Origin: an uncultured Prolixibacteraceae bacterium
Lineage (GTDB): Bacteria > Bacteroidota > Bacteroidia > Bacteroidales > FEN-979
Direction: 5' to 3'
Length of the DNA stretch: 64,000 nucleotides
Assembly (NCBI GenBank): GCA_964455285.1
Contig: CAYVVG010000012.1
Location: 672-64,671, forward strand
Made by a program: the position numbers and the translations under genes
Part shown: positions 36,925 through 46,429 of the stretch, piece by piece
How the letters are laid out: every line of letters starts with the position of its first letter
How positions within the stretch are numbered: position 1 is the stretch's first letter
Notes under the pieces: model-generated
Seen by the model: the letters and a program-made list of their open reading frames with translations, nothing else
Database searches by the model: none
What the model was told of the DNA's origin: nothing

Positions 36925-39516
36925 ATGAACTTTAACAATTTTACTGTAAAGGCACAGGAAGCGGTGCAGAAGGCCCAGGAGGTGGCTGCTGCTTTCCAGA
37001 ACCAGGCCGTGGAGAACATCCACATCCTGAAGGGGATCCTGGCCGTCGATGAAAATGTCGCACCCTACCTGTTGAAGAAGGTGAATGTCAACGTTCAGAC
37101 CATCCAGCAGGTGACCGACCGGATGATCGGGTCGTTGCCAAAGGTCGGCGGCGGGGAGCAGTATCTGTCGCCGGAAGCCTCCAAATCCCTGCAGAAGGCC
37201 GTCACCCTGTCGAAGGAGATGAAAGACGATTTTGTTTCGATCGAACACCTGCTGCTGGGCATCATTGAAGGGAACGATCCGGCCGGCCGGTTGCTCAAGG
37301 ACAGCGGCGCCACGGCGAACGATCTGGTGACCGCCATCCGGCAGCTTCGCCAGGGAGGCAAGGTCAGCAGTCCTACTGCTGAGGACACCTACCATGCCCT
37401 TCAAAAATATGCCCGCAACCTGAACGACCTGGCCCGCGAAGGCAAACTCGACCCGGTGATCGGCCGTGACGAGGAGATAAGGAGAATCCTGCAGATCCTG
37501 TCGCGGAGAACGAAGAACAACCCGATCCTGATCGGGGAACCCGGCACGGGAAAAACTGCTATCGCCGAGGGCCTGGCGCACCGGGTGATCGACGGCGATA
37601 TACCCGAGAACCTGAAATCCAAGCAGATCTATTCGCTCGATATGGGAGCATTGATCGCCGGCGCCAAATACAAAGGCGAATTTGAGGAACGTCTGAAGAG
37701 CGTCGTCAAAGAGGTCATCTCCGCCGACGGCGAGATCGTTCTCTTCATCGACGAGATCCACACGCTGGTGGGGGCCGGAGCCGGTGAAGGCGCCATGGAT
37801 GCGGCGAATATTCTGAAACCCGCACTTGCCCGCGGCGATTTGCGCGCCATTGGCGCCACGACGCTGAAGGAGTACCAGAAATATTTCGAGAAAGACAAAG
37901 CGCTCGAGCGCCGGTTCCAGCCGGTCATGGTGAACGAACCCGATGTTCCCGACGCCATTGCCATCCTGCGTGGATTGAAGGAACGGTATGAAACACACCA
38001 CCATGTAAGGATCAAAGATGAGGCGATCGTAACGGCGGTGGAGCTTTCGCAGCGGTACATCACCGACCGGTTCCTCCCCGACAAAGCCATTGACCTGATC
38101 GACGAGGCGGCTTCCAAACTCCGGCTGGAGATCAATTCGGTTCCCGAAGAACTCGAGAAGACCGAAAGAAAGGTGCGCCAGATGGAGATCGAGCGGGAAG
38201 CCATCCGGAGGGAAGATGACGCCGAACGATTGAGCGAACTCAATACGGAGATCGCCCAGGTCAAAGGGGAGCTGCAGGAGCTCCGCGCACGCTGGAAGGC
38301 GGAGAAGGAACTGGTGGAAGCGATCCAGTTGCAGAAAAACGAGATCGAGACCCTGAAACTGGAAGCCGAGCAGGCCAACCGGGCCGGCGACCTGGGCAAG
38401 GTGGCCGAGATCCGGTACGGCAGGATTCCGAAAAAAGAGAGGGAGATCGATCAGTTGAAAGCGAAGTTGTCGGAGATCCAGAAAGAGAACCCGATGGTGA
38501 ATGAGGAGGTTGGCACCGAGGAGATCGCCGCCGTGGTAAGCCGCTGGACCGGCATCCCCGTCAGCCGGATGCTGCAGGGGGAAAGGCAGAAATTGTTGCT
38601 GCTGGAAGAAGAGTTGCACCGGAGGGTGGTCGGCCAGGAGGAGGCGATCCGTGCAGTAGCCGATGCCATCCGGCGGAGCCGCTCGGGGCTGCAGGATCCG
38701 AAACGCCCGATCGGTTCCTTCATCTTCCTCGGCACCACGGGTGTGGGAAAAACGGAACTGGCGCGGGCCCTGGCCGAATTCCTTTTCAACAACGAAAACA
38801 GCATGGTGCGTATCGATATGTCGGAATACCAGGAACGGCATACCGTGTCGCGGCTGGTCGGGGCTCCCCCGGGCTACGTGGGTTACGAAGAGAGCGGGCA
38901 GTTGACCGAGGCCGTCAGGCGGAAACCCTATTCCGTGGTCCTGCTCGATGAGATCGAAAAAGCCCATCCCGACGTTTTCAACATCCTGCTGCAGGTGCTC
39001 GACGATGGTCGCCTGACCGACAACAAAGGCCGGACGGTCGATTTCAAGAACACCATCATCATCATGACCTCCAACATCGGCTCGCACATCATCCAGGAGA
39101 GCCTGGCCGGGACGACGGAGATAAACCGGTCCGAAAAGATGGAGAAGAGCCGTGAACAGGTGTTCAGCCTGCTGAAATCGACGATCCGTCCCGAGTTCCT
39201 CAACCGGGTCGACGAGATCATCATGTTCAGCCCGCTCTCGATGGACGAGATCGTGAAGGTGGTCGCCATGCAGATCGCGGGCGTGCAGCAGATGCTGGAG
39301 AAGAACGGGGTGAAGCTCACCGTTACGCCGGCGGCAGCCGGCCATATCGCCCGCTCGGGGTTTGACCCGTTGTACGGGGCCCGCCCCATCAGGCGGGTGA
39401 TCCAGCGGGAGGTGCTGAACGAACTGTCGAAGATGATCCTGGAGGGGAAGGTCGAGCGGGATTCGGAGATCAGGATCGATGCGGCAGGAGGCGGACTGGT
39501 GTTCTCAAACGGATAA
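36925..39516 (+). CDS. clpB: ATP-dependent chaperone ClpB
   Basis: Two AAA+ modules (GEPGTGKT, GTTGVGKT), coiled-coil M domain, GARPIRR. Confidence 0.97.
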   Translation: MNFNNFTVKAQEAVQKAQEVAAAFQNQAVENIHILKGILAVDENVAPYLLKKVNVNVQTIQQVTDRMIGSLPKVGGGEQYLSPEASKSLQKAVTLSKEMKDDFVSIEHLLLGIIEGNDPAGRLLKDSGATANDLVTAIRQLRQGGKVSSPTAEDTYHALQKYARNLNDLAREGKLDPVIGRDEEIRRILQILSRRTKNNPILIGEPGTGKTAIAEGLAHRVIDGDIPENLKSKQIYSLDMGALIAGAKYKGEFEERLKSVVKEVISADGEIVLFIDEIHTLVGAGAGEGAMDAANILKPALARGDLRAIGATTLKEYQKYFEKDKALERRFQPVMVNEPDVPDAIAILRGLKERYETHHHVRIKDEAIVTAVELSQRYITDRFLPDKAIDLIDEAASKLRLEINSVPEELEKTERKVRQMEIEREAIRREDDAERLSELNTEIAQVKGELQELRARWKAEKELVEAIQLQKNEIETLKLEAEQANRAGDLGKVAEIRYGRIPKKEREIDQLKAKLSEIQKENPMVNEEVGTEEIAAVVSRWTGIPVSRMLQGERQKLLLLEEELHRRVVGQEEAIRAVADAIRRSRSGLQDPKRPIGSFIFLGTTGVGKTELARALAEFLFNNENSMVRIDMSEYQERHTVSRLVGAPPGYVGYEESGQLTEAVRRKPYSVVLLDEIEKAHPDVFNILLQVLDDGRLTDNKGRTVDFKNTIIIMTSNIGSHIIQESLAGTTEINRSEKMEKSREQVFSLLKSTIRPEFLNRVDEIIMFSPLSMDEIVKVVAMQIAGVQQMLEKNGVKLTVTPAAAGHIARSGFDPLYGARPIRRVIQREVLNELSKMILEGKVERDSEIRIDAAGGGLVFSNG

Positions 39517-39530
39517 TTCCGGAAATGTCC

Positions 39531-40229
39531 TCATTGTTCCGGTTCGGTTTTCAGAAGGATCCCCTTCTGATAGAACTCTTTTTTACGGACGGATCCGTTG
39601 GGGTCGTAATAGGTCCATTCGCCTTCGGGGTGACCCTGGAGATACTTCCCTTCCATCATCACCTCTCCTGAATTGTAAAAAGTCTTCACGGCACCGGATT
39701 TCTCACCCGCTTTAAAGGCGCTCCTCAATCTCAGTTTCCCGTCGGAGTAATACTGTTCCCACAGTCCATCTTTGACACCCATCCTGTAGTACTGCTGTTC
39801 CGACAGGGTGCCGTCGGGAAAGTAGATCCTGGCCATTCCGTCGATCTTCCCTTCGCGATAGGGTTCCCTGGAAGCCAGGGCACCCGTATTCTCGCCATAG
39901 AAAAGCCAGACGCTGTCGCGCTGTTCGTTCAGATACCGTCCCTCGGCCATCTTCTTTCCGCTGGGAAAGTAGGATACGGTCAAAGCCCTCTTTCCCCCGG
40001 CCGAGATCGCGGATGCCATTTTCAATTTCCCGTCGGGGTAGAAGTAACGGAAGTCGCCGTCGGGTTTCCCATGGATAAAACGACCCTCATATACGATCCT
40101 CCCGGCTGTATCGACCTTTCTCCAGAATCCGTGCTTTTGTCCCCGGCTGTCGGTAACATTGAGGGTATCCTGCGCATAGGACGAAAGGAAACCAGGGAGC
40201 AACAGGACGAACAAGCAGATCCGGACCAT
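39531..40229 (-). CDS. Exported MORN-variant/YwqK-like repeat protein
   Basis: Signal peptide from MVRICLF (40229), then repeated G..DG...YF/YY..G.....EG.Y modules. Confidence 0.8.
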   Translation of the reverse strand: MVRICLFVLLLPGFLSSYAQDTLNVTDSRGQKHGFWRKVDTAGRIVYEGRFIHGKPDGDFRYFYPDGKLKMASAISAGGKRALTVSYFPSGKKMAEGRYLNEQRDSVWLFYGENTGALASREPYREGKIDGMARIYFPDGTLSEQQYYRMGVKDGLWEQYYSDGKLRLRSAFKAGEKSGAVKTFYNSGEVMMEGKYLQGHPEGEWTYYDPNGSVRKKEFYQKGILLKTEPEQ

Positions 40230-40272
40230 AACGGGAAATGATTTATTTTTGCAAAGTAAACAATAAATTTCC

Positions 40273-40881
40273 TTGCAGACCCAACCCTCCAGGCTCCTTG
40301 AACAAGCCGTAAACGAGCTGGCCAAACTTCCCGGGATCGGCCGTAAGACGGCGCTGCGCATGGCGCTCCACCTCCTCAAGCAGAGCCGGGCCGAGGTCGA
40401 ATCCCTCGGTACGTCGCTGATCAGCATGCGCAGCGAGGTGACCTATTGCCGCGAATGCCGCAACATCTCCGACCAGGAACTGTGTGCCATCTGCGTCAAC
40501 CCGAAGCGGGATCATGCGACGGTGTGCGTGGTCGAGGACATCCGGGATGTGATGGCCATCGAGAACACGGGGCAATACTCAGGGGTGTACCATGTGCTGG
40601 GAGGGATCATCTCGCCGGTGGCGGGCATCGGCCCCCGTGACCTGCATCTCGATCACCTGGTGACCCGGGTGGCGTCGGGTGGCATTGAGGAGGTGATCCT
40701 GGCGTTACCCACAACCATCGAAGGGGATACCACTTCGTTTTATCTCTTCCGGAAACTCAATGAATTCAGCCTGAAACTTACGACCCTTGCCAGGGGGGTA
40801 TCGGTCGGCGACGAACTCGAACACACCGACGAGGTGACGCTAGGCCGGTCTATCCTGCAGAGGATGCCTTATAAGGGGTGA
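40273..40881 (+). CDS. recR: Recombination mediator RecR
   Basis: LPGIGRKTA, zinc finger CRECRN...CAIC, Toprim VVED, YHVLGG. TATTTTTG at 40244-40251. Confidence 0.96.
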   Translation: MQTQPSRLLEQAVNELAKLPGIGRKTALRMALHLLKQSRAEVESLGTSLISMRSEVTYCRECRNISDQELCAICVNPKRDHATVCVVEDIRDVMAIENTGQYSGVYHVLGGIISPVAGIGPRDLHLDHLVTRVASGGIEEVILALPTTIEGDTTSFYLFRKLNEFSLKLTTLARGVSVGDELEHTDEVTLGRSILQRMPYKG

Positions 40882-40898
40882 GTCGTGAGTGGTGAGGA
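40878..40898. repeat. 3x GTGAGT(C/G)-like heptamer at the recR stop codon
   Basis: gtgagtc gtgagtg gtgagga. The first unit contains the TGA stop. Confidence 0.55.
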
Positions 40899-40916
40899 AC
40901 GGGTGTGGGGTGGCGA

Positions 40917-41144
40917 CTAGAAGAGTTGCAGTTGTTCGTGTTTTTCGGGTTTGTTGGGGGCAACGGCGAGGTCGGCGTATTTCTCGAGCATCGGACGGAT
41001 CGCCTTCTTGATCAGCTTGTTGGGCGTGGTGTGATGCAGGCGGGCGCAGTTGACAAGAGACTTTTTCTGGCGGGCGGTCACCTGAAAAGCGATCACCTTG
41101 TACTTTACCGGTTTCCTTGCTTTTTTAGCTTTCTTCCGTGGCAT
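40917..41144 (-). CDS. Small basic hypothetical protein (75 aa), possible ribbon-helix-helix
   Basis: Starts 3 bp after the glmM stop. Lys-rich N-terminus, beta-alpha-alpha-like core (VIAFQVT...KKSLVNCARLHHTTPNKLIKKAIR), ends QLQLF. Confidence 0.65.
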   Translation of the reverse strand: MPRKKAKKARKPVKYKVIAFQVTARQKKSLVNCARLHHTTPNKLIKKAIRPMLEKYADLAVAPNKPEKHEQLQLF

Positions 41145-41147
41145 GGG

Positions 41148-42542
41148 TCATCGGTTGTTGAGGATATCCTTGAAATCGTTCAGTATCTTTCTTGCCAGGT
41201 TGTCGGCCTTGGCCGGCATATCGCTTTCCGCGTAAATGCGGATGATGGGCTCGGTGTTTGAACGTCGCAGGTGCACCCATTCGTCGCCGAAATGGATCTT
41301 GATCCCGTCGATGGTCGTGATGGGATGTTTTTGATACTTTTCGACGATCGCGGCCAGGATACCGTCGATGTCCAGGCCCACCGGGAACTCGATCTTGTTT
41401 TTCGAGATGTGAAAATCGGGGTATTGTTGCCGCAGCAGCGAGCATTTTTTCCCGGATCCCGCCAGGTACGACAGGAACAGGGCAATGCCGGCCAGGGCAT
41501 CGCGGCCGTAATGAAGCCGGGGATAAATGACTCCGCCGTTGCCTTCGCCGCCGATCACGGCCCCGGTCTCCTTCATCATCTGCACCACATTCACTTCGCC
41601 GACGGCCGATGCGGCATAATTTCCGCCCTTACGCTCGGTCACAATTTTCAGCGCCTGGCTCGACGAAAGGTTGGAAACCGTATTTCCGGGTTCATGCTGC
41701 AGCACGTAGTCGGCCACGGCCACCAGGGTATATTCTTCGCCGAATGGCTCGCCCGTTTCGGTAATGATGGCCAGCCGGTCCACATCGGGATCAACCACGA
41801 ACCCGAGATCAGCGTTGTTGTCGGTGACATGTTTGCAGATCTCGCCAAGGTGTTCCGGGAGCGGCTCGGGATTGTGGGGGAAGTGACCGGTGGGTTCGCA
41901 GTACAGGCAGTCGATCGTATTCACCTGCAATGCCCTGAGCAACTCGGGCACCGCAATTCCGCCGGTGCTGTTCACGGCGTCGACTGCAACGCGGAGGCGT
42001 GCACGCCGGATCGATTCGGGATCGACCAGGGGAAGGGCGAGGATCTGTTCGATGTGCTTCCTGATCCAGGTGTTGTCATAGGTACAGGATCCCAGGTCGG
42101 CAACCGGCGCATATGAGTACGCACCTTCGGCGGCCAGCGCAAGGACCCGCTCGCCGTCGGCACCTGAGAGGAATTCGCCCCGGTCGTTCAGGAGTTTCAG
42201 GGCGTTCCAGTTTTTGGGGTTGTGGCTGGCAGTAAGAATGATACCGCCAGAGGCCCGCTCCCCGATCACCGCGATCTCTGCCGTCGGGGTGGTGGTCAGG
42301 CCGATATCGACCACATCGGCACCCATTCCCAACAGGGTCCCGATCACCACATGGTTGACCATGGTCCCGGAGATGCGTGCATCGCGGCCCACCACAAAGC
42401 GAAGCCTTCCTTCAGGCCGGGTTTCGCGAATGAACGCAGCGAACGCCGAGGTGAACCTGACCAGGTCGGCCGGGGTCAGGCCTTCTCCCGGCAATCCTCC
42501 GATGGTCCCGCGGATGCCCGATATGGATTTTATCAGCGTCAT
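41148..42542 (-). CDS. glmM: Phosphoglucosamine mutase
   Basis: True start is MTLIKSISGIRG (42542). TASHNP, DPDVDR, GGEGNGG, RRSNTEP. Confidence 0.92.
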   Translation of the reverse strand: MTLIKSISGIRGTIGGLPGEGLTPADLVRFTSAFAAFIRETRPEGRLRFVVGRDARISGTMVNHVVIGTLLGMGADVVDIGLTTTPTAEIAVIGERASGGIILTASHNPKNWNALKLLNDRGEFLSGADGERVLALAAEGAYSYAPVADLGSCTYDNTWIRKHIEQILALPLVDPESIRRARLRVAVDAVNSTGGIAVPELLRALQVNTIDCLYCEPTGHFPHNPEPLPEHLGEICKHVTDNNADLGFVVDPDVDRLAIITETGEPFGEEYTLVAVADYVLQHEPGNTVSNLSSSQALKIVTERKGGNYAASAVGEVNVVQMMKETGAVIGGEGNGGVIYPRLHYGRDALAGIALFLSYLAGSGKKCSLLRQQYPDFHISKNKIEFPVGLDIDGILAAIVEKYQKHPITTIDGIKIHFGDEWVHLRRSNTEPIIRIYAESDMPAKADNLARKILNDFKDILNNR

Positions 42543-42620
42543 GGCCGATTTTAGCGCAAATGTATAAGAATTCCGGATAGGCGGTATTTGTTTTTTTCGT
42601 AAGTTTGCAGAAATCTCCTG

Positions 42621-44027
42621 ATGGAAGAACCGTTTGATCCTTATTTTGACGGCGAAACGCTGTCGCTGGTCGGGCGCTATGAACAGATGCTCCGGGAGGA
42701 CCGGCATCTGTTTTTCGATGTGGATGAGTTCGAGGAGATCATCGAATATTACTTTTACCGGAACGAGCAGCGCAAAGCCTACCTGACGATCCGTCGTGCG
42801 CTGGAACAGCATCCCGGAGCTCCTTCCGTCATGTTCAAGCTGGCCCAGTATTACATCAATGTCAAGCGCGACCGGGAAGCACTGCGTATCCTGAAGGAGA
42901 CGGAACCGGCCACGCCCCACGACAGCGACCTCTTCATCGCCCGCGGCAACCTCTTCAGCCAGCTGGAAAAACCCGAAAAAGCGATCGGTGAATATACCCG
43001 GGCGCTCGAAGGCGCCGACCACCCCGACGAGCTTCATTCGAGCATCGCCTTCGAATACGAGAATATGGGAAAATATGACAAGGCCATCGAGCACCTGCTC
43101 CTGGCCCTTGAAGCGAATCCCGACAACGACCCGGCGCTTTATGAATATGCTTTCTGCTGTGAAGTATCCCAGCAGACCGCGCAGGGCATCGAGTACCTGA
43201 ACGGTTTTCTCGACCGGAATCCCTATTCGGTGGCCGCCTGGTTCAACCTGGGCATTGCCTACAGCAACATCGACCTGTACGAAAAAGCGATCGAAGCCTA
43301 CGACTTCGTACTTGCGATCGACGAGACATTCTCTTCGGCATATTTCAACAAGGCAAACTGTTACGCCAACATAGCGGAGTACGGAAAAGCGATCGAGACA
43401 TACCGGGAGACCCTCTTTTATGAAGAGGCCGAACCGGTGACCCATTATTACATTGCCGAATGTTACGAAAAGCTGAGGGATTTCGAGCCCGCCATCGGGT
43501 CTTATCGCAAAGCCGTCGAACTCGACCCTGAGTTTGCCGATGCCTGGATGGGACTGGGTGTGTGTTATGACGAGTCGGGACGACACCAGGAGGCCCTTCC
43601 CTTTATCCAGAAAGCCATCCGTCTCACCCCGACGATCCCGGAATACTGGTTTATCCAGGGAGACATCCAGATCAAGCTGGGCGAGACCGACGAGGGGATC
43701 CGTTCCTACCGGAAGGTGATCGAACTCGACCCGGAGGATGTTGATATCTGGCTCGACCTGTCGATCGTATATGCCGACCGGAAAGAGTTCGACGAGGGGT
43801 TCCGGGTTCTCGAGGAGGGATTGCAACACCACCGCGACCATCCCGACTATTATTACGGCATGGCCTATTACCTCTACGTGATGGGTAGAAAACAGGAAGG
43901 CGAAGAGTATCTGCTGAAGGCGCTGGAAATGGACTATGAGGGGCACCAGCGCCTGTTCAAGACCTTTCCCGAAGCCCGCAACCATCCCGGCATTACGGCC
44001 GCCATCGGTTCCTACAGGATTTCCTAA
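42621..44027 (+). CDS. Tetratricopeptide repeat protein
   Basis: Serial TPRs (AWFNLGIAYSNIDLYEKAIEAY etc.). TAAGTTTG at 42600-42607. Confidence 0.9.
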   Translation: MEEPFDPYFDGETLSLVGRYEQMLREDRHLFFDVDEFEEIIEYYFYRNEQRKAYLTIRRALEQHPGAPSVMFKLAQYYINVKRDREALRILKETEPATPHDSDLFIARGNLFSQLEKPEKAIGEYTRALEGADHPDELHSSIAFEYENMGKYDKAIEHLLLALEANPDNDPALYEYAFCCEVSQQTAQGIEYLNGFLDRNPYSVAAWFNLGIAYSNIDLYEKAIEAYDFVLAIDETFSSAYFNKANCYANIAEYGKAIETYRETLFYEEAEPVTHYYIAECYEKLRDFEPAIGSYRKAVELDPEFADAWMGLGVCYDESGRHQEALPFIQKAIRLTPTIPEYWFIQGDIQIKLGETDEGIRSYRKVIELDPEDVDIWLDLSIVYADRKEFDEGFRVLEEGLQHHRDHPDYYYGMAYYLYVMGRKQEGEEYLLKALEMDYEGHQRLFKTFPEARNHPGITAAIGSYRIS

Positions 44028-44044
44028 TCCAAAAACCGTTACAT

Positions 44045-44833
44045 ATGACTCAGATCACAATGCCCTACCTGCCTGACCGCACCGTCAAACCCCGGCAAAA
44101 CGGCATCGCCATGGTCATGGACAAAGGCCTCAGCATCCGCGAGGCGGAAGATTTCGTCGAAGCAGCCGGGCACCTGGCCGATTTTGTCAAACTCGGCTTC
44201 GGGACCTCGATGGTGATGAATGGCGTGAAGGAAAAGGTGAATATCTACCGGCAGGCCGGGATCCGGGTCTATGTGGGCGGCACGCTCTTCGAAGCTTTTG
44301 TGGTACGCAACCGGTTTGACGATTACCTCCGGTACATCGATGAACTGGGACTCGACACGGTCGAGGTGTCGGATGGCTCGATGGTCATGGACCACGATAT
44401 CAAATGCGGATTCATCAACAAGCTGGCGAAGAATTACACGGTGCTTTCCGAAGTCGGCTCCAAAGAATCGGGCATCATCATCGCCCCGGGCCGCTGGATC
44501 GAAATGATGCAGAAAGAACTCCAGGCCGGGGCGCTCAAAGTGATCGGCGAAGCCAGGGAGAGCGGGAACGTCGGGATCTACCGGGCAACCGGAAAAGCCC
44601 ATGTTCAATTGATCCACAAGATCTTATCCAAGGTACAGGCGGACAAGATCCTCTGGGAAGCCCCACTGAAAACCCAGCAGGTATGGTTCATCAAGAACTT
44701 CGGCGCCAATGTGAACCTGGGCAATATTGCCCCGGCGGAACTGATCCCCCTGGAAACCCTGCGGCTGGGACTGCGCGGCGATACCTTTTTCAGTTTCCTC
44801 CCGGCGAAAATGAAGAAACAACAGCCGAAATAG
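44045..44833 (+). CDS. Phosphosulfolactate synthase (ComA) family protein
   Basis: MVMDKGL, KLGFGT, VEVSDG, SEVGSK, EARESG, WEAP, NVNLGN, LETLRLGLRGDT. Confidence 0.88.
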   Translation: MTQITMPYLPDRTVKPRQNGIAMVMDKGLSIREAEDFVEAAGHLADFVKLGFGTSMVMNGVKEKVNIYRQAGIRVYVGGTLFEAFVVRNRFDDYLRYIDELGLDTVEVSDGSMVMDHDIKCGFINKLAKNYTVLSEVGSKESGIIIAPGRWIEMMQKELQAGALKVIGEARESGNVGIYRATGKAHVQLIHKILSKVQADKILWEAPLKTQQVWFIKNFGANVNLGNIAPAELIPLETLRLGLRGDTFFSFLPAKMKKQQPK

Positions 44834-44851
44834 CGAAAAAAACTATCACAG

Positions 44852-45592
44852 ATGATTTTTGGGTTGATCGGGTTTCCGCTGGAGCATTCCCGGTCGCCGG
44901 AATGGTTCCATGCGAAATTCCGGGAAACCGGCCGCCGTCATGACGAATACCGGCTCTTCCCGCTCCCATCGCTGACCGGTTTTCATGACCTGCTGCACGA
45001 GCATCCTTCACTGGCGGGCCTCAATGTCACCATTCCCCACAAGATCACCATCCTTCCACAGCTTGATGCAGTCGATGAAACGGCCAGGGCCGTCGGTGCC
45101 GTAAATACGATCCTCATCCGAAGGATGGGAAACATCGTTCACACGACCGGCTACAACACCGACGCACCCGCCTTTTTATCCTCGCTGGAGGGATTGCCGG
45201 TAAGGGGACCCGCCCTCATCCTGGGAAACGGTGGCGCATCACGGGCCGTGGCATATGCCCTGACCCTGAAACAGATCCCTTTTCACATCGTCACCCGTCA
45301 CGCCGGTGCCGGGATCTCCTTCGCGACCCTCACTGCGAAGATCCTCAGGGAACACCCTTTCATCATCAACACCACACCGCTGGGTATGCATCCGGGTACA
45401 GCGGAGTGCCCGCCTCTTCCCTATGATGGCCTCACCCCCGGCCACCTGCTGTACGACCTTGTTTACAACCCTGAACAAACCCTCTTCATGAAACAAGGGC
45501 ATGCCCGGGGAGCCGCCACCGTCAACGGCATGGCCATGTTGCACCTGCAGGCGGAGCTGGCTTACCGCCTCTTTACGGTTGAATACTTTTAG
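44852..45592 (+). CDS. aroE: Shikimate dehydrogenase
   Basis: [47 protein letters not shown]. Confidence 0.93.
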   Translation: MIFGLIGFPLEHSRSPEWFHAKFRETGRRHDEYRLFPLPSLTGFHDLLHEHPSLAGLNVTIPHKITILPQLDAVDETARAVGAVNTILIRRMGNIVHTTGYNTDAPAFLSSLEGLPVRGPALILGNGGASRAVAYALTLKQIPFHIVTRHAGAGISFATLTAKILREHPFIINTTPLGMHPGTAECPPLPYDGLTPGHLLYDLVYNPEQTLFMKQGHARGAATVNGMAMLHLQAELAYRLFTVEYF

Positions 45593-45636
45593 CTATTTTC
45601 ATACGTTCCTGTTTGGCAAGTATCCGCCATTTCTCT

Positions 45637-45644
45637 TATTTTTG
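45637..45644 (+). promoter_or_regulatory. Bacteroidota -7 promoter box (TATTTTTG) for the cytochrome operon
   Basis: Matches TAnnTTTG about 40 bp upstream of ATG 45687. Confidence 0.5.
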
Positions 45645-45686
45645 TCGGAAAACGGACCCATACAACCGGTCACACCCATTTCTGCT

Positions 45687-46418
45687 ATGACCCGACCCAC
45701 TTATATCACGTACATATGCCTTCTGGTCATCCTCGTGGCAGCCTCCCTGCTCTTTCTTACGCTGAACGGATGGACATATTACCACCTGGGGCTGGAGGAA
45801 CGTGCCTTTCATCCCGATTACCTGTCGCTGAAGCCCAGCGGCCCCTGGGGCCACGGGCTGGGGATCGCCGGCTCGTTGTGCATGCTCGCCGGAGTGGGTT
45901 CCTACATGGCACGGAAACGGGTACGATCGCTGTCGCGGCTTGGGATCTTACGCCACTGGCTCGAATTTCACATTTTTCTGTGCACCCTGGGACCCATCCT
46001 GGTACTGTTCCACACCTCGTTCAAATTCGGCGGACTGGTATCGGTCAGTTTCTGGAGCATGGTGGCGGTTTTCCTCAGTGGTATAGCAGGCCGGTTCATA
46101 TACATCCAGATACCCAGGACAATTGAAGGACGGGAGATGAGCCTGCAGGAAGTCAGGACGGTAAAGGACGACCTGGAACGGCAGATCCGTGAAAGGGAGA
46201 CGGCCGGCGCCGGGACGGGAACGGCCGGCGACCGCGAGTTCCGGCGGATGGTAAAGCGAGACCGGATCCTGTCGCGACGGATCGCCCGGCTGACTGCCAT
46301 GCAGAACCTGTTCCGCTACTGGCATGTCGCCCATCTTCCCTTTGCCATTGTAATGCTGATCATCATGATCATTCATGTCGGTGTGACCATCCTGTTCGGC
46401 TACCGATGGATCTTTTAA
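45687..46418 (+). CDS. Polytopic inner-membrane protein with ferric-reductase-like paired histidines (putative diheme cytochrome b)
   Basis: About 5 TM helices, with two intramembrane His pairs 14 residues apart ([16 protein letters not shown]; [16 protein letters not shown]). Confidence 0.7.
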   Translation: MTRPTYITYICLLVILVAASLLFLTLNGWTYYHLGLEERAFHPDYLSLKPSGPWGHGLGIAGSLCMLAGVGSYMARKRVRSLSRLGILRHWLEFHIFLCTLGPILVLFHTSFKFGGLVSVSFWSMVAVFLSGIAGRFIYIQIPRTIEGREMSLQEVRTVKDDLERQIRERETAGAGTGTAGDREFRRMVKRDRILSRRIARLTAMQNLFRYWHVAHLPFAIVMLIIMIIHVGVTILFGYRWIF

Positions 46419-46429
46419 TCCTGCAGGCC

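Noticed and set aside
36850-39345. 831-aa minus-strand ORF
   Set aside because: Antisense shadow of clpB.
39531-40229. Toxin-antitoxin module (YwqK-like antitoxin)
   Set aside because: The protein has a signal peptide and MORN-variant repeats common in Bacteroidota; there is no adjacent toxin gene.
41148-43985. 945-aa minus-strand ORF apparently fusing an unknown domain to glmM
   Set aside because: The N-terminal half is the antisense shadow of the TPR gene. GlmM starts at 42542, and a divergent promoter region lies between the two genes.
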